Shown: positions 1-11,879 of the stretch, one piece after another | Layout: every line of letters begins with the position of its first letter | Numbering within the stretch: position 1 is the first letter of the stretch | Assembly (NCBI GenBank): GCA_002269645.1 | Contig: NIVC01000511.1 | Span: 416,877 to 480,876, forward strand | Origin: Macrostomum lignano | Lineage: Eukaryota | Direction of reading: 5' to 3' | DNA length: 64,000 bases | Made by a program: the position numbers and the translations under genes | Notes under the pieces: generated by a model | Databases searched by the model: none | Told to the model about the DNA's origin: nothing | What the model saw: only the letters and a program-made list of their open reading frames with translations

Positions 1-319
1 AATTCGCCCATGGCCAGAGTATAGAGTGGAATACTCATAACCCAGACTGGTGGGAATGCCAACTCTCAGCACCCCGATCTTAAATTCCAATACCGGTGGT
101 TCCCAACTGTAAGCCCGAATTATTCAAATCCCGACCAGCTCCCTTGCCGACTATAGCCAGTGTGCTTGATTATTTTAGCTCTACGTGAAATTAACACCCA
201 GAAAAACTTTTAGCGAAACGAATTATCATCTAGCGTACATACCTTAAGCGCTATTTAAATAAATCAAGTGGTGCCCAAAGACTTCGTGACCTCAGACTGC
301 ATTTTCTTGGTTTAAGGTC

Positions 320-515
320 CCCGGCTGCCGGCGCCCTCCGCAGGGCCTTGCTCGGACTCACCGCAGGGGACATCAGGGCGGTGACTATGGCCCTCTCAGA
401 GCATGGCTGTTTTGCCAGGCATTGTCATCCTCAGGAGAAATCCGCAGTGAGAAATGCCCTTTCTGTGTCTCCGGTGTTGAGAAGTGGAGCACTTTGTCGG
501 TGACTCCCGCCTTTG
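320..515 (+). mobile_element. Degenerate 3' end of a non-LTR retrotransposon ORF2 (LOA/R1/I-like CCHC knuckle region)
   Basis: Frameshifted translation gives ALRRALLGLTAGDIRAVTMALSEHGCFARH ... SEKCPFC ... VEHFVGD. This matches the L(T/S)GHG..H..CxxC...E(T)xEH...C C-terminal motif of LINE ORF2 proteins. Confidence 0.55.
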
Positions 516-1313
516 TACACGCATATGCAACACGCATCTGATATTGTGTATGTATTCCTTTTGTGTTATTGTGTGCCTAAGCTTCTATGCAGTCTAATAA
601 GGACTTTTAATTATAAAATATACCTTACCTTATTTGCCATTGAAATATTAGAATCTTTACTTATTAGCAACAAAAGATAGGGCTTTATTGTACATTTACA
701 AAAGCTATTGTAGCTATTGGTAGCTATGTAGCGTTGACCTATTGCCGAAGAATTGCCATACTGATTGCTTTGCAGCTGGCCCGGCGTACATACAGGAATT
801 TTCGCACATCAATAGATTGAGTTGACAGATTATTTTTAAAAATTATACTGTACATGGATTTTAGATACGTGCCATGCAGTCTTTGTTATGACTTAATTAA
901 AGATAAATTTGTTCGAAAGTGGCGCTTTTTCAATATAATTTTTACATACTTAGAAAGTTTATAAAATATTTTCAGCAAAGGGGAAATTGTACCAAACATT
1001 TCTGTAAAAACCAACGAGATGATCTGTGCTATGCACAAGTACGAGTAGTATGCGTGAATTGTAACTGAGTGATAGAAATCTACATTAAAATAATCAATTT
1101 TCATGCATAGACGCAGTTTAACTCATCATGCATAGGACAGAGACAAGGAGCTAGAATAACAGATAAAACAAAAAAGGGATGAAAAATGTAAAAAATATGT
1201 ACTTATTTATACATCTTTTTCGTCGTATTTCCTTAAAGTTTAGGACATTTTAGTTCCATCACCAAAAGTGCACATCAAAAGATCGAAATCAAGCAGGGTG
1301 GTGTAATTTAAGT

Positions 1314-3105
1314 TCAGCAGATTTTGGGCAGCATGCTTTCCATTTTCTTCATATCTGCCAGACCCTTGTAACCGAGCTTATAAACTCGTTTTTTTGATCC
1401 TTTACCGGTGTCCAGGTACTCAAAATAGTCCGTGTGTTTCTCGCGACCAACTCTGCAATGCGAAGAAAGTAGGCTTATGCGAACACGAGAGACTTAAGTG
1501 GCAGGAACAATCTGGTAATTCACTGTAATACGCACCTCATCGCCCGAGCAAACGTGTCATACGTGCTTCTCCTATTTTCCTTCACAATCTGCCACACAGT
1601 ACCCATTGTTTTCGTGTCTTTAGCCAGGAAATGATTCGTTCTTCTGTTGCTTGGCTTCCCGTTTTTGTCGCAGAATACCAGAATGTTGTCAAGGTGGTAC
1701 CTCATCTCACTGTGATGCTCTGTTGATAGCAATATAAAGAGGACTACCTGATGCACCTGAAGCTTTCCATTAGAAGAATTTTCCTTGACTTCTTTGTCAT
1801 AGCGAGCTGTAATTGAAATGCAAGTGTGCGCATGAGTGAATAATAGGGGCTTTACAATTATTTAGGTCAGAGTTGCAGACAGAAGTGAACTTGTAACGCC
1901 CAAACTTACCCAAGCACTCTTTCATGTACTCCACTTTAACTTCAACATCGTGGAAACGTTCTGAAGACGTCTCAGCTGTCGTTGACGTTGTCGATGGTTG
2001 TTGCTCCTGGTTCTCTAGCCAGGAATTTTTGCACTCTTCTTTTGTCGAGTCCTCCTGCTGGGCTGTCATTTGAACGGCTGCCGATTCTGTGATTACCGGA
2101 GGGCATTCCGGAGAAGTAGAGGTAGACGGATCGGGTTCCGTTTCGACAAAAGCCAATGCGTCACCCAGAGCGTCTGACTGCGCTACCTGGCGCTTCATAG
2201 TTACTAGCTGGGGATAATCGCCCTCAATACTCTGAAATTTGTTTGTTCGAGTTTAAAATTGGTTGATGAAAGTCAAGAAAGTGGTATATGAATAATGAAC
2301 GTCTATTCAAATGAGTCGTTTTATCGTACCATCATTTCCACTTCGACACCCGGCTCAGTAAAGAGTTCGCTCATCAGCTTTTGAAATTCATCATCCCCGG
2401 ACGGTGTCGAGTCAAACAAAGGGGTCACGTCACTAAACTGCGTGAAGGTTTTACGCTGATCTAAAAATAGAAACACGAAAGGAGCTTAGGAGGATTGGCG
2501 TTCAATTTGTATAGGTCGTACATGGTGCGCTCCAAAGCTGGGTACAAGATCACTAAGGATGCTTATTTGAAGTGGCTGCATGCTGCTGCAGTCAATGGGG
2601 ATTTCTAACTTAACTTCAAACAGAACTACACCATCGACAATCGACCATCAGCCAATCAAATGGATAATTCCAAGCAGCACTCTTCAGCGTTAACAGTTGT
2701 TAACGCGCGTCCAGTTATTAACTAAGCGTTGTACTCGTAAAACTAATCATCGGCTAGTTCGTTTTCGGTAATTTTTTCGTCAATATTTTCGACTTCGCTC
2801 AGTGTCCGACACTGAGCCAACTAATACAATAACATTTTCTGATGACTACGCTTGTACAGTATTCCTGCCAAATCAGTTTGCTAACTTCTCAAGTATCAAT
2901 TAAGGAGCTTAAACTGACCATTTGTGAGAAACAATACACACTTTTCAGAAGTTATAGTTTAAACCTCGGGCTTTTATCTCTAAGGAAAGCCTCGCAATCA
3001 TCTTGTGAGCTAGTGTTAATAACTATCCAATCAATGAGCCTTGCGCTCCTGACCACGTACTTCATAAACAACTGAAGATAACAACGACTCACCAGCTTGA
3101 TCCAT
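1314..3105 (-). CDS. Divergent ETS-domain transcription factor, 5 exons (3105-3093, 2460-2330, 2231-1910, 1806-1536, 1452-1314), ~291 aa
   Basis: All introns are GT-AG with matching phases (1,0,1,2), and the CDS is 876 nt. The spliced C-terminus KLQVHQVVLFILLS...FLAKDTKTMGTVWQIVKENRRSTYDTFARAMR|VGREKHTDYFEYLDTGKGSKKRVYKLG aligns with the ETS pattern (LWxFLL...F..D...VA..WG..K....Y..LSRALRYY...RLVYKF). The tiny first exon (MDQA) is the least certain part. Confidence 0.7.
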
Positions 3106-4263
3106 TCAACCAGGACGCCTAGCTTTATTGAACAAGATATCAGAGTGCTACCTTGTTGTTGGAAGATTCTGCTTTTGCCGCATGCCGAAAACAGGGCAGC
3201 ACCTTGTAGCCGAGGCTTTAAATACTACTAAGCTCATTTCTATGGCACACGGTAGTACCGTGGCGTCGCCCATGCTTTAACTGCCTATCTGAGAACATAC
3301 TGATGACGCCTATATCGACGGTTCAGCCAAGGAATTCCCTCAGCAGTTTGAAATCTGCTTGGATTTTCCAAGCCAAGCCCAGAGGGTACAACCTAGTAGC
3401 TAAAAATAGCAATGACAGCCGTGCGGGGGTGGGCGCTGGGTGGGTAAGGCGCTGGGTGGGTGAGGCGCTGGTACAGCGAACACTCTTGGGTCTATTTTTA
3501 GCATTTACGCAAATGACCTTTCCATCCAGAGGCAATCCCTCTGAAAATAAGGCCGCTTGTAAAATGTATTTTGATTATAAGGTACAACCCTGATCACCAA
3601 AATGTCAAACTCATTGGTGACAACAGAGACAAAAATAAACCGGGAAAATGGTAATAATTTTCGTTTCACGCTCGCTTTTTGCTATTCATTTCTCGACTCG
3701 CTGTGCTCGACTGCTCAGAGCTTGTTACACTATATGGCCTGATGCAACGGTTAATTCTATTGGTTCTTGATGAGTCTAGACTCTTCATTCCCAGCATGAA
3801 GCTTCTCGCTAAAAAATCTTTAGCGAGTAAGCAAGCGTCAGTTTTTAGGAACTAAAAAATTGACTATTGTTGTCTTCTGAACAGCAGCAAGCAATAATAT
3901 ACGCTGTCAGTAGGTCTTAAAACGGGAGCAGCGTCACGGGGCTTTGGCGCAAAAGCAGGCCACCTCGCAGACCAAATCTGCGACGCCGGCGTCAGCCAAA
4001 TGCGCGCCTTTCCTCACCTGTTGAGTTGGCCGATCGCCTGGCCAAGGTAATCGGCTCGACCGGGTCTTTTTCTGGTCCCCTGCCTGTGCCCCCTGCTTCC
4101 ACCGCCGTTGTCACCACTCAGATCAACCAGTGGATTGCATCTGAGAATAGGGAGACGTCGCTAACGCCCTGACTGCCGGAAATCCCGCGCCGCTGTCCCC
4201 GCCCTCCCCCTCGCATGAACCTGATTGGGCTCAATTCCTCTCGGGTCAGGGAAACCGAGAATA

Positions 4264-4462
4264 GACCGCCACAATTTGACCGCCACAAATTGACCGCCAT
4301 AAACTGACCGCCACAATTCGACCGCCACAAATTGACTGCCACAAACTGACCGCCACAATTTGACCGCCACAAACTGACCGCCACAATTTGACCACCTCAA
4401 TTTGACCGCCACAATTTGACCGGCACAATGTGACTGCAACAATTTAACCGCAAAAATTTGAC
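4264..4462 (+). repeat. 15-bp tandem repeat (TTGACCGCCACAAA/T), ~13 copies, degenerating to the right
   Basis: Directly visible periodicity. Confidence 0.9.
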
Positions 4463-4990
4463 CTTAATTTGAAATCTTAAATCCCCTGCAATTTCTAGAC
4501 TTTAAATGAAAACAGTAGTAAGACGTCTGATCGCAACGCATTTAATATGTATTTAAAAAGACTTCATTTCTTTTTAGATAGAAAAAAACTTCATCTCTAA
4601 ACAAAATTTCATACACAACAAAACAAAGATTACCAAATTTACACGAATAATGAAAAAATGAATAAAAATTACGAAAACAAACTGCGAAAACTTCGAAAAA
4701 GGTATGTTATACGATAACTGACAAAGTCTAAAGTCTAAGTCTAAACTATTAATACTAACAAATCGACAAATGGGGTTTAAGCTACTAGGATTTTACTTTT
4801 GTCTGGGATAAACATGCAGATATGCGATTTTAAGAATGATAAATACTAGAAAGAGAAATATAAACTTTAAGCTTAAAAAACTATTGTTGTGATAATCAAA
4901 CGTGACAATTGTGATAATCAAATCAAATCGTTTTGCTTTTTTAACCAAACAAAACATTAATACGCGTCTAAGCAAACTTTATTTCTACCA

Positions 4991-5990
4991 ATGACTCATT
5001 GTCCAAAGCTCTGTACTCTACGATCATTATGTTCACACCTATGACTCATTGTCCAGAGCTCTGTACCCTCTGATCATTATGTTCACACATATGACTCATT
5101 GTCCACAGCTCTGTACTCTATGATCATTATGTTCACACCTATGACTCATTGTCCAGAGTTCTGTACTCTATGATCATTATGTTCACACCTATGACTCATT
5201 GTCCAAAGCTCTGTACTCTCTGATCATTATGTTCACACCTATGACTCATTGTCCAAAGCTCTGTACTCTCTGATCATTATGTTCACACCTATGACTCATT
5301 GTCCAAAGCTCTGTACTCTCTGATCATTATGTTCACACCTATGACTCATTGTCCAAAGCTCTGTACTCTCTGATCATTATGTTCACACCTATGACTCATT
5401 GTCCAAAGCTCTGTACTCTACGATCATTATGTTCACACCTATGACTCATTGTCCAGAGCTCTGTACTCTCTCATCATTATGTTCACACATATGAATCATT
5501 GTCCACAGCTCTGTACTCTATGATCATTATGTTCACACCTATGACTCATTGTCCAGAGTTCTGTACTCTCTGATCATTATGTTCACACCTATGACTCATT
5601 GTCCAAAGCTCTGTACTCTCTGATCATTATGTTCACACCTATGACTCATTGTCCAAAGTTCTGTACTCTACGATCATTATGTTTACACCTATGACTCATT
5701 GTCCAAAGCTCTGTACTCTACGATCATTATGTTCACACCTATGACTCATTGTCCAGAGCTCTGTACTCTCTCATCATTATGTTCACACATATGAATCATT
5801 GTCCACAGCTCTGTACTCTATGATCATTATGTTCACACCTATGACTCATTGTCCAGAGTTCTGTACTCTACGATCATTATGTTCACACCTATGACTCATT
5901 GTCCAAAGCTCTGTACTCTCTGATCATTATGTTCACACCTATGACTCATTGTCCAAAGCTCTGTACTCTACGATCATTATCTTCACAGCT
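4991..5990 (+). repeat. 50-bp minisatellite, 20 units, derived from the last 50 nt of the adjacent CDS
   Basis: Unit ATGACTCATTGTCCAAAGCTCTGTACTCTCTGATCATTATGTTCACACCT starts every 50 nt from 4991 to 5941. The last unit is the coding end of ORF 5939-7381. Confidence 0.97.
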
Positions 5991-7381
5991 TCGCAGAGCT
6001 CGACTGCGCTGTCGGCCAGAGACCTGACGGAGTCCACCAAACCTGTCAGCTGGTTCCGGGCGTCCTCAGACACTTCAGCTTTCTGAGTGGAGAGCTTCAG
6101 CGCTTCTGAATTATCCGGGTACTGGTTCTGACGTGAGAGAGACAGTGCCGCATCCGCTTTGGAACTTGCATATGAAGTTCCTGCTTTAATACATTCAACC
6201 TGAAGTTTTCGATTTTTTTCAACCTTGGCCTGCCTGATACGGGCATCTCCGTTTATTTCGTTTACCAACTTCTTCGCCTCGCCTTCAAATGTTTCGAGTC
6301 CGTCCCGGAAATTTCCCATTGCCTCCGACAGCCTGACCAAGTTGCTGCATATCTCTGATAGAATTACTTGCTTCTTTTCGTTTTTTGCTTTCCGTAGTTT
6401 CTTCAAGCTCTTCTTCACCTTCTTGACGAGAGTGTTCGATTTAAGAGTGGTGCTTGGTAGCAGCGGCACTCTCTCGGCCACAGTTGTCAGCGCAGATAGC
6501 TTGTCTTTGTACCCGTATTTTGGAGACTTTTTTGTTAGCAGCTTGATTTTTTCCTGGATAGCTTTTGTCCGTTTTCGAAAATAGTCTGTGTCGGAGGACT
6601 TCAGAGTCGCCAGGGCGCAGGCCTCGCACACGAAGCAGGTTCCGACAGAGTGAATCGAAGGTCGAGCCGCTGACAGTTGGCTATCTTGACTCTCTTGACC
6701 CCAACCAGAACAGATGCCACACTTCTTATTCCACATATTGGTTGTCCTCTTCGACCTTCGTACGATCAAATCCTGGTACAGCCCGGCAATTCGCTTGCTT
6801 CCGAAGTCCACACACCTGGCATCATCAAGCGTTCTCAGCGGTATCTTTTTGAAGTAGCCGACCATCTGACGAATGCTGCGGACAGGAATATCGATCTCAG
6901 ATGCTTCCCTGCCTGCCTGCCCGGTGGAAGCACGCAGCTTTCTCAGTTCGTCCTCGCTTACCTTTGAGTTCTCGAGGCGAGAATCCAAGTCACCGATAGA
7001 GTCACAAATCTTAAGACAAACCTTGACGAGTTCATCCAGGACCGGAGCCAGCTTCTTGCCGCAGAATTTGAGCTGTGAAGCCTTTTTATTTACACCTGAA
7101 CAGAGATCTTTTGCTTCTTTGTGGAGCGCTCTGTCCTTCCGTTCGGCAACTATTCGAAGTTCGAACAGCTTTTTGCATGTCGTCTGGGCAAGACAAATAA
7201 GGTCTACGAATGGAAGGATTTCCTTAACTTTAAAATCTTTTGAATTGATCTTTTTCGTCTCCGTGTCCACCGATTGAATCGAGCGCCACAATTCTTCATT
7301 CTTCAGGCATTTCACGAGCTTTAGCACGTTAGAAAGGCATTTGAATTCGGCTGACTTTTGTTTAGAAACCAAGCCTCCCAT
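5939..7381 (-). CDS. Intronless orphan protein, ~480 aa: N-myristoylation motif, helical/coiled-coil, central CxxC...CxxC
   Basis: Non-repetitive 1.44-kb ORF. The first ATG is in a gccATGG context and gives MGGLVSK (MGxxxSK). Contains CGIC...CFVCEAC and Lys/Leu-rich helical segments. No family recognised. Confidence 0.7.
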   Translation of the reverse strand: MGGLVSKQKSAEFKCLSNVLKLVKCLKNEELWRSIQSVDTETKKINSKDFKVKEILPFVDLICLAQTTCKKLFELRIVAERKDRALHKEAKDLCSGVNKKASQLKFCGKKLAPVLDELVKVCLKICDSIGDLDSRLENSKVSEDELRKLRASTGQAGREASEIDIPVRSIRQMVGYFKKIPLRTLDDARCVDFGSKRIAGLYQDLIVRRSKRTTNMWNKKCGICSGWGQESQDSQLSAARPSIHSVGTCFVCEACALATLKSSDTDYFRKRTKAIQEKIKLLTKKSPKYGYKDKLSALTTVAERVPLLPSTTLKSNTLVKKVKKSLKKLRKAKNEKKQVILSEICSNLVRLSEAMGNFRDGLETFEGEAKKLVNEINGDARIRQAKVEKNRKLQVECIKAGTSYASSKADAALSLSRQNQYPDNSEALKLSTQKAEVSEDARNQLTGLVDSVRSLADSAVELCEAVKIMIVEYRALDNES

Positions 7382-7656
7382 GGCATCTGCGGCTGATACG
7401 AAAGAATCTACAAAATGGTGCAATACAAGTCGTACTTGGATGCTTCAGCTTCCGCGAGGGCATATACATAGCAGTGCGGATGGGGCTGGGTAACGGCCTG
7501 GCCAATGAAATGGAATGGAAGCATGGAAAGGAAAAATAAGGAACTAAGCTAGCTTAATTTCATCCCCATAACTTGCACAGCTAGACTCGCGCTCCAATAC
7601 GGAACTAAAAAAGGGAAAGAAAAGTGGGGATAAAAGAGAGAAGAGAGAATGTAAAC

Positions 7657-7691
<35 letters not shown>

Positions 7692-7708
7692 AAAAGAGAG
7701 AGAGAGAG
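7657..7708 (+). repeat. (AG)n microsatellite
   Basis: Direct reading. Confidence 0.95.
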
Positions 7709-8076
7709 CTGAAAAAGAGACACCAACCTTGAGCGGACGGTATTGCGAAGAGTCGAAATAACCCGAGGGCCGGATAGAGAGGCTGCGTGGGCCAGGCCAC
7801 ACGTACACCATGGGCCCTGGTGTACGTGTGACTTTTTGCGTGCCAGAGTTTAAATTAGAACAAGGAACTACAGCAAGCAGATCAAAATTATGGTGTACTT
7901 TGGTGAAAGAGGAAGTTCATAAACAAGCAGCAAACCCGGTAGTGCACAGAAAGCTAGTCTGCATTTGGGTAGATATTTGTAGCAGTGTGGGCAGTGAGCA
8001 CCGCCATCCAAATTGGATAAAAAGTTTAATATGCGACTTACGGAAACTTACAATCCGGGACATTTCCTCATAAGGA

Positions 8077-11000
8077 GGGGAAGTGCCCGAGGGGAAGTGC
8101 CGGAGAGAAATTGCCGGAGGGGAAGTGCGGAGGAGAAATGCGGGAAGGGAAGTGCGGGTGGAGAAATGCGGGAGGGGAAGTGCGGGAGGGGAAGTGCCGG
8201 ACGGGAAAGTACGGGAGGGGAAGTGCGGGAGGAGAAATGCGGGGGGGAAGTGCGGGAGGAGAAATGCGGGAGAGGAAGTGCGGGAGGGGAAGTGCGGGAG
8301 GAGAAGTGCGGGAGGGGAAGTGCGGGAGGAAAAGTGCGGGAGGGGAAGTGCCGGACGGGGAAGTGCAGGCGGGGAAGTGCGGAGGGGAAGTGCGGGAGGG
8401 AAAGTGCGGGAGAAGTGCGGGAGGGTAAGTGCGGGAGGAGAAGTGAGGGAGGGGAAGTGCCGGAGGGGAAGTGCGGAAGAGAAAGTGCGGGAGGGGAAGT
8501 GCGGGAGGGGAAGTGCGGGAGGGGAAGTGCCGGACGGGGAAGTACGGGAGAATTGCCGGAGGGGAAGTGCGGGAGGGGAAGTGCGGGAGAAGTGCGGGAG
8601 GGGAAGTGCGGGAGGGGAAGTGCGGGAGAAGTTCGGAAGGGAAAGTGCTGGAGGGGAAGTGCTGGAGGAGAAATGCGGGAGGGGAAGTGCGGGAGGAGAA
8701 ATGCGGGAGGGGAAGTGCGGGAGGAGAAATGCGGGAGGGGAAGTGCGGGTGGAGAAATGCGGGAGGGGAAGTGCGGGAGGGGAAGTGCCGGACGGGAAAG
8801 TACGGGAGGGGAAGTGCGGGAGGAGAAATGCGGGACGGGAAGTGCGGGAGGAGAAATGCGGGAGAGGAAGTGCGGGAGGGGAAGTGCGGGAGGGAAAGTG
8901 CCGGAGGGGAAGTGCGGGAGGAGAAATGCGGGAGAGGAAGTGCGGGAGGGGAAGTGCGGAGGAGAAATGCGGGAAGGGAAGTGCGGGAGGGGAAGTGCGG
9001 GAGGGGAAGTGCGGAGGGAAAGTGCGGGAGGGGAAGTGCTGGAGGGGAAGTGCTGGAGGGGAAGTGCGAGAGGAGAAATGCGGGAGGGGAAGTGCGGGAG
9101 GAGAAATGCGGGAGGGGAAGTGCGGGAGGAGAAATGCGGGAGAGAAAGTGCGGGAGGGAAAGTCCTGGAGGGGAAGTGCGGGAGGGGAAGTGCCGGACGG
9201 GGAAGTACGGGAGAATTGCCGGAGGGGAAGTGCGGGAGAGGAAGTGCGGGAGAAGTGCGGGAGGGGAAGTGCCGGAGGGGAAGTGCGGGAGGGGAAGTGC
9301 GGGAGGAGAAGTGCGGGAGAGAAAGTGCGGGAGAGAAAGTGCGGGAGGGGAAGTGCCGGACGGGGAAGTACGGGAGGGGAAGTGCGGGAGAAGTGCGGGA
9401 GGGGAAGTGCCGGACGGGGAAGTACGGGAGGGGAAGTGCGGGAGAAGTGCGGGAGGGGAAGTGCGGGAGAAGTGCGGGAGGGGAAGTGCCGGAGGGAAAG
9501 TGCGGGAGGGGAAGTGCCGGAGGGGAAGTGCAGGAGAGAAAGTGCGGGAGGGGAAGTGCGGAGAAGTGAGGGAGGGGAAGTGCCGGAGGGGAAGTGCAGG
9601 AGAGAAAGTGCGGGAGGGAAAGTGCGGGAAAAGAAGTGCCGGACGGTGAAGTGAAAGAGGAGAAGTGCGGGAGGAGAAGTTCCGGAGGGGAAGTGCCGTA
9701 GGGGAAGTGAGGGAGGGGAAGTGCCGGAGGGGAAGTGCGGGAGGAGAAGTGCGGGAGGGGAAGTGCGGGAGGAGAAGTGCGGGAGGGGAAGTGCCGGACG
9801 GGGAAGTGCAGGCGGGGAAGTGCGGAGGGGAAGTGCGGGAGGGAAAGTGCGGGAGAAGTGCGGGAGGGTAAGTGCGGGAGGAGAAGTGAGGGAGGGGAAG
9901 TGCCGGAGGGGAAGTGCGGAAGAGAAAGTGCGGGAGGGGAAGTGCGGGAGGGGAAGTGCGGGAGGGGAAGTGCCGGACGGGGAAGTACGGGAGAATTGCC
10001 GGAGGGGAAGTGCGGGAGGGGAAGTGCGGGAGAAGTGCGGGAGGGGAAGTGCGGGAGGGGAAGTGCGGGAGAAGTTCGGAAGGGAAAGTGCTGGAGGGGA
10101 AGTGCGGGAGGGGAAGTGCGGAGGGAAAATGCGGGAGGGGAAGTGCTGGAGGGGAAGTGCTGGAGGGAAAGTGCGGGAGGAGAAATGCGGGAGAGAAAGT
10201 GCGGGAGGGAAAAAGCTGGAGGGGAAGTGCGGGAGGGGAAGTGCGGAGGGAAAGTGCGGGAGGGGAAGTGCTGGAGGGGAAGTGCGGGAGGAGAAATGCG
10301 GGAGGGGAAGTGCGGGAGGAGAAATGCGGGAGGGGAAGTGCGGGAGGAGAAATGCGGGAGGGGAAGTGCGGGTGGAGAAATGCGGGAGGGGAAGTGCGGG
10401 AGGGGAAGTGCCGGACGGGAAAGTACGGGAGGGGAAGTGCGGGAGGAGAAATGCGGGAGGGGAAGTGCGGGAGGAGAAATGCGGGAGAGGAAGTGCGGGA
10501 GGGGAAGTGCGGGAGGGAAAGTGCCGGAGGGGAAGTGCGGGAGGAGAAATGCGGGAGAGGAAGTGCGGGAGGGGAAGTGCGGAGGAGAAATGCGGGAAGG
10601 GAAGTGCGGGAGGGGAAGTGCGGGAGAGAAAGTGCGGGAGGGAAAGTCCTGGAGGGGAAGTGCGGGAGGGGAAGTGCCGGACGGGGAAGTACGGGAGAAT
10701 TGTCGGAGGGGAAGTGCGGAGGGGAAGTGCGGGAGAGGAAGTGCGGGAGAAGTGCGGGAGGGGAAGTGCCGGAGGGGAAGTGCGGGAGGGGAAGTGCGGG
10801 AGGAGAAGTGCGGGAGAGAAAGTGCGGGAGAGAAAGTGCGGGAGGGGAAGTGCCGGACGGGGAAGTACGGGAGGGGAAGTGCGGGAGAAGTGCGGGAGGG
10901 GAAGTGCGGGAGGGGAAGTGCGGGAGGGGAAGTGCGGAGGGGAAGTGCGGGAGGGGAAGTGCGGGAGGAGAAGTGCGGAGGGGAAGTGCGGAGGGGAAGT

Positions 11001-11820
11001 GCGGGAGGGAAAGTGCGGGAGGAGAAGTGCGTGAGGGGAAGTGCGGGAGAAGTGCGGGAGCGGAAGTGCGGGAAAAGAAGTGCCGGACGGGGAAGTGCGG
11101 GAGGGGAAGTGCGGGAGGGGAAGCGCGGGAGGAGAAGTGAGGGAGGGGAAGTGCCGGAGGGGAAGTGCAGGAGAGAAAGTGCGGGAGGGGAAGTGCGGAG
11201 GGGAAGTGCGGGAGGGGAAGTGCCGGACGGGGAAGTACGGGAGGGGAAGTGCGGGAGGAGAAATGCGGGAGGGGAAGTGCGGGAGGAGAAATGCGAGAGA
11301 GAAAGTGCGGGAGGGAAAGTGCTGGAGGGAAAGTGCGTGAGGGGAAGTGCGGGAGAAGTGCGGGAGCGGAATTGTGGGAGGGGAAGTGCGGGAGGAGAAG
11401 TGAGGAAAGGGAAGTGCCGGACGGGGAAGTGCGGGAGGGGAAGTGCCGGACGGGGAAGTACGGGAGAATTGCGGGAGCGGAAGTGCGGGAGAAGTGCGGG
11501 AGGGGAAGTGCGGGAGGGGAAGTGCGGGAGGAGAAGTGAGGGAAGGGAAGTGCCGGAGGGGAAGTGCAGGAGAGAAAGTGCGGGAGGAGAAATGTGGGAG
11601 GGGAAGTGTGGGAGGAGAAATGCGGGAGGGGAAGTGCGGGAGGAGAAATGCGGGAGAGAAAGTGCGGGAGGGAAAGTGCTGGAGGGGAAGTGCAGGAGGA
11701 GAAGTGCGGAGGGGAAGTGCGGGAGGGGAAGTGCGGGAGGAGAAATGCGGGAGGGGAAGTGCGGGAGGGGAAGTGCGGGAGGGGAAGTGCGGGAGGGAAA
11801 TTGCCGGACGGGGAAGTGCA
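8077..11820 (+). repeat. 3.7-kb purine-rich satellite (GGGGAAGTGCGGGA-type 10-14-bp units) with an internal 1443-bp higher-order duplication
   Basis: Direct periodicity. Rare variants (GGGTAAGT at 8423/9866; GAAGTTCGGAAGG at ~8627/10070) recur at offset 1443. Confidence 0.97.
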
Positions 11821-11879
11821 AGGACCACTGTATATAGCAGGATGTAAAACTCAAAGATCGTGTAAATTTATAGAGGTCG

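Noticed and set aside
206-224. 17-bp match AAACTTTTAGCGAAACG shared with ~60129-60145
   Set aside because: It is probably a fragment of a common dispersed repeat; nothing further aligns.
2797-2817. 21-bp palindrome GCTCAGTGTC-C-GACACTGAGC in ETS intron 1
   Set aside because: It is short, isolated and has no supporting context.
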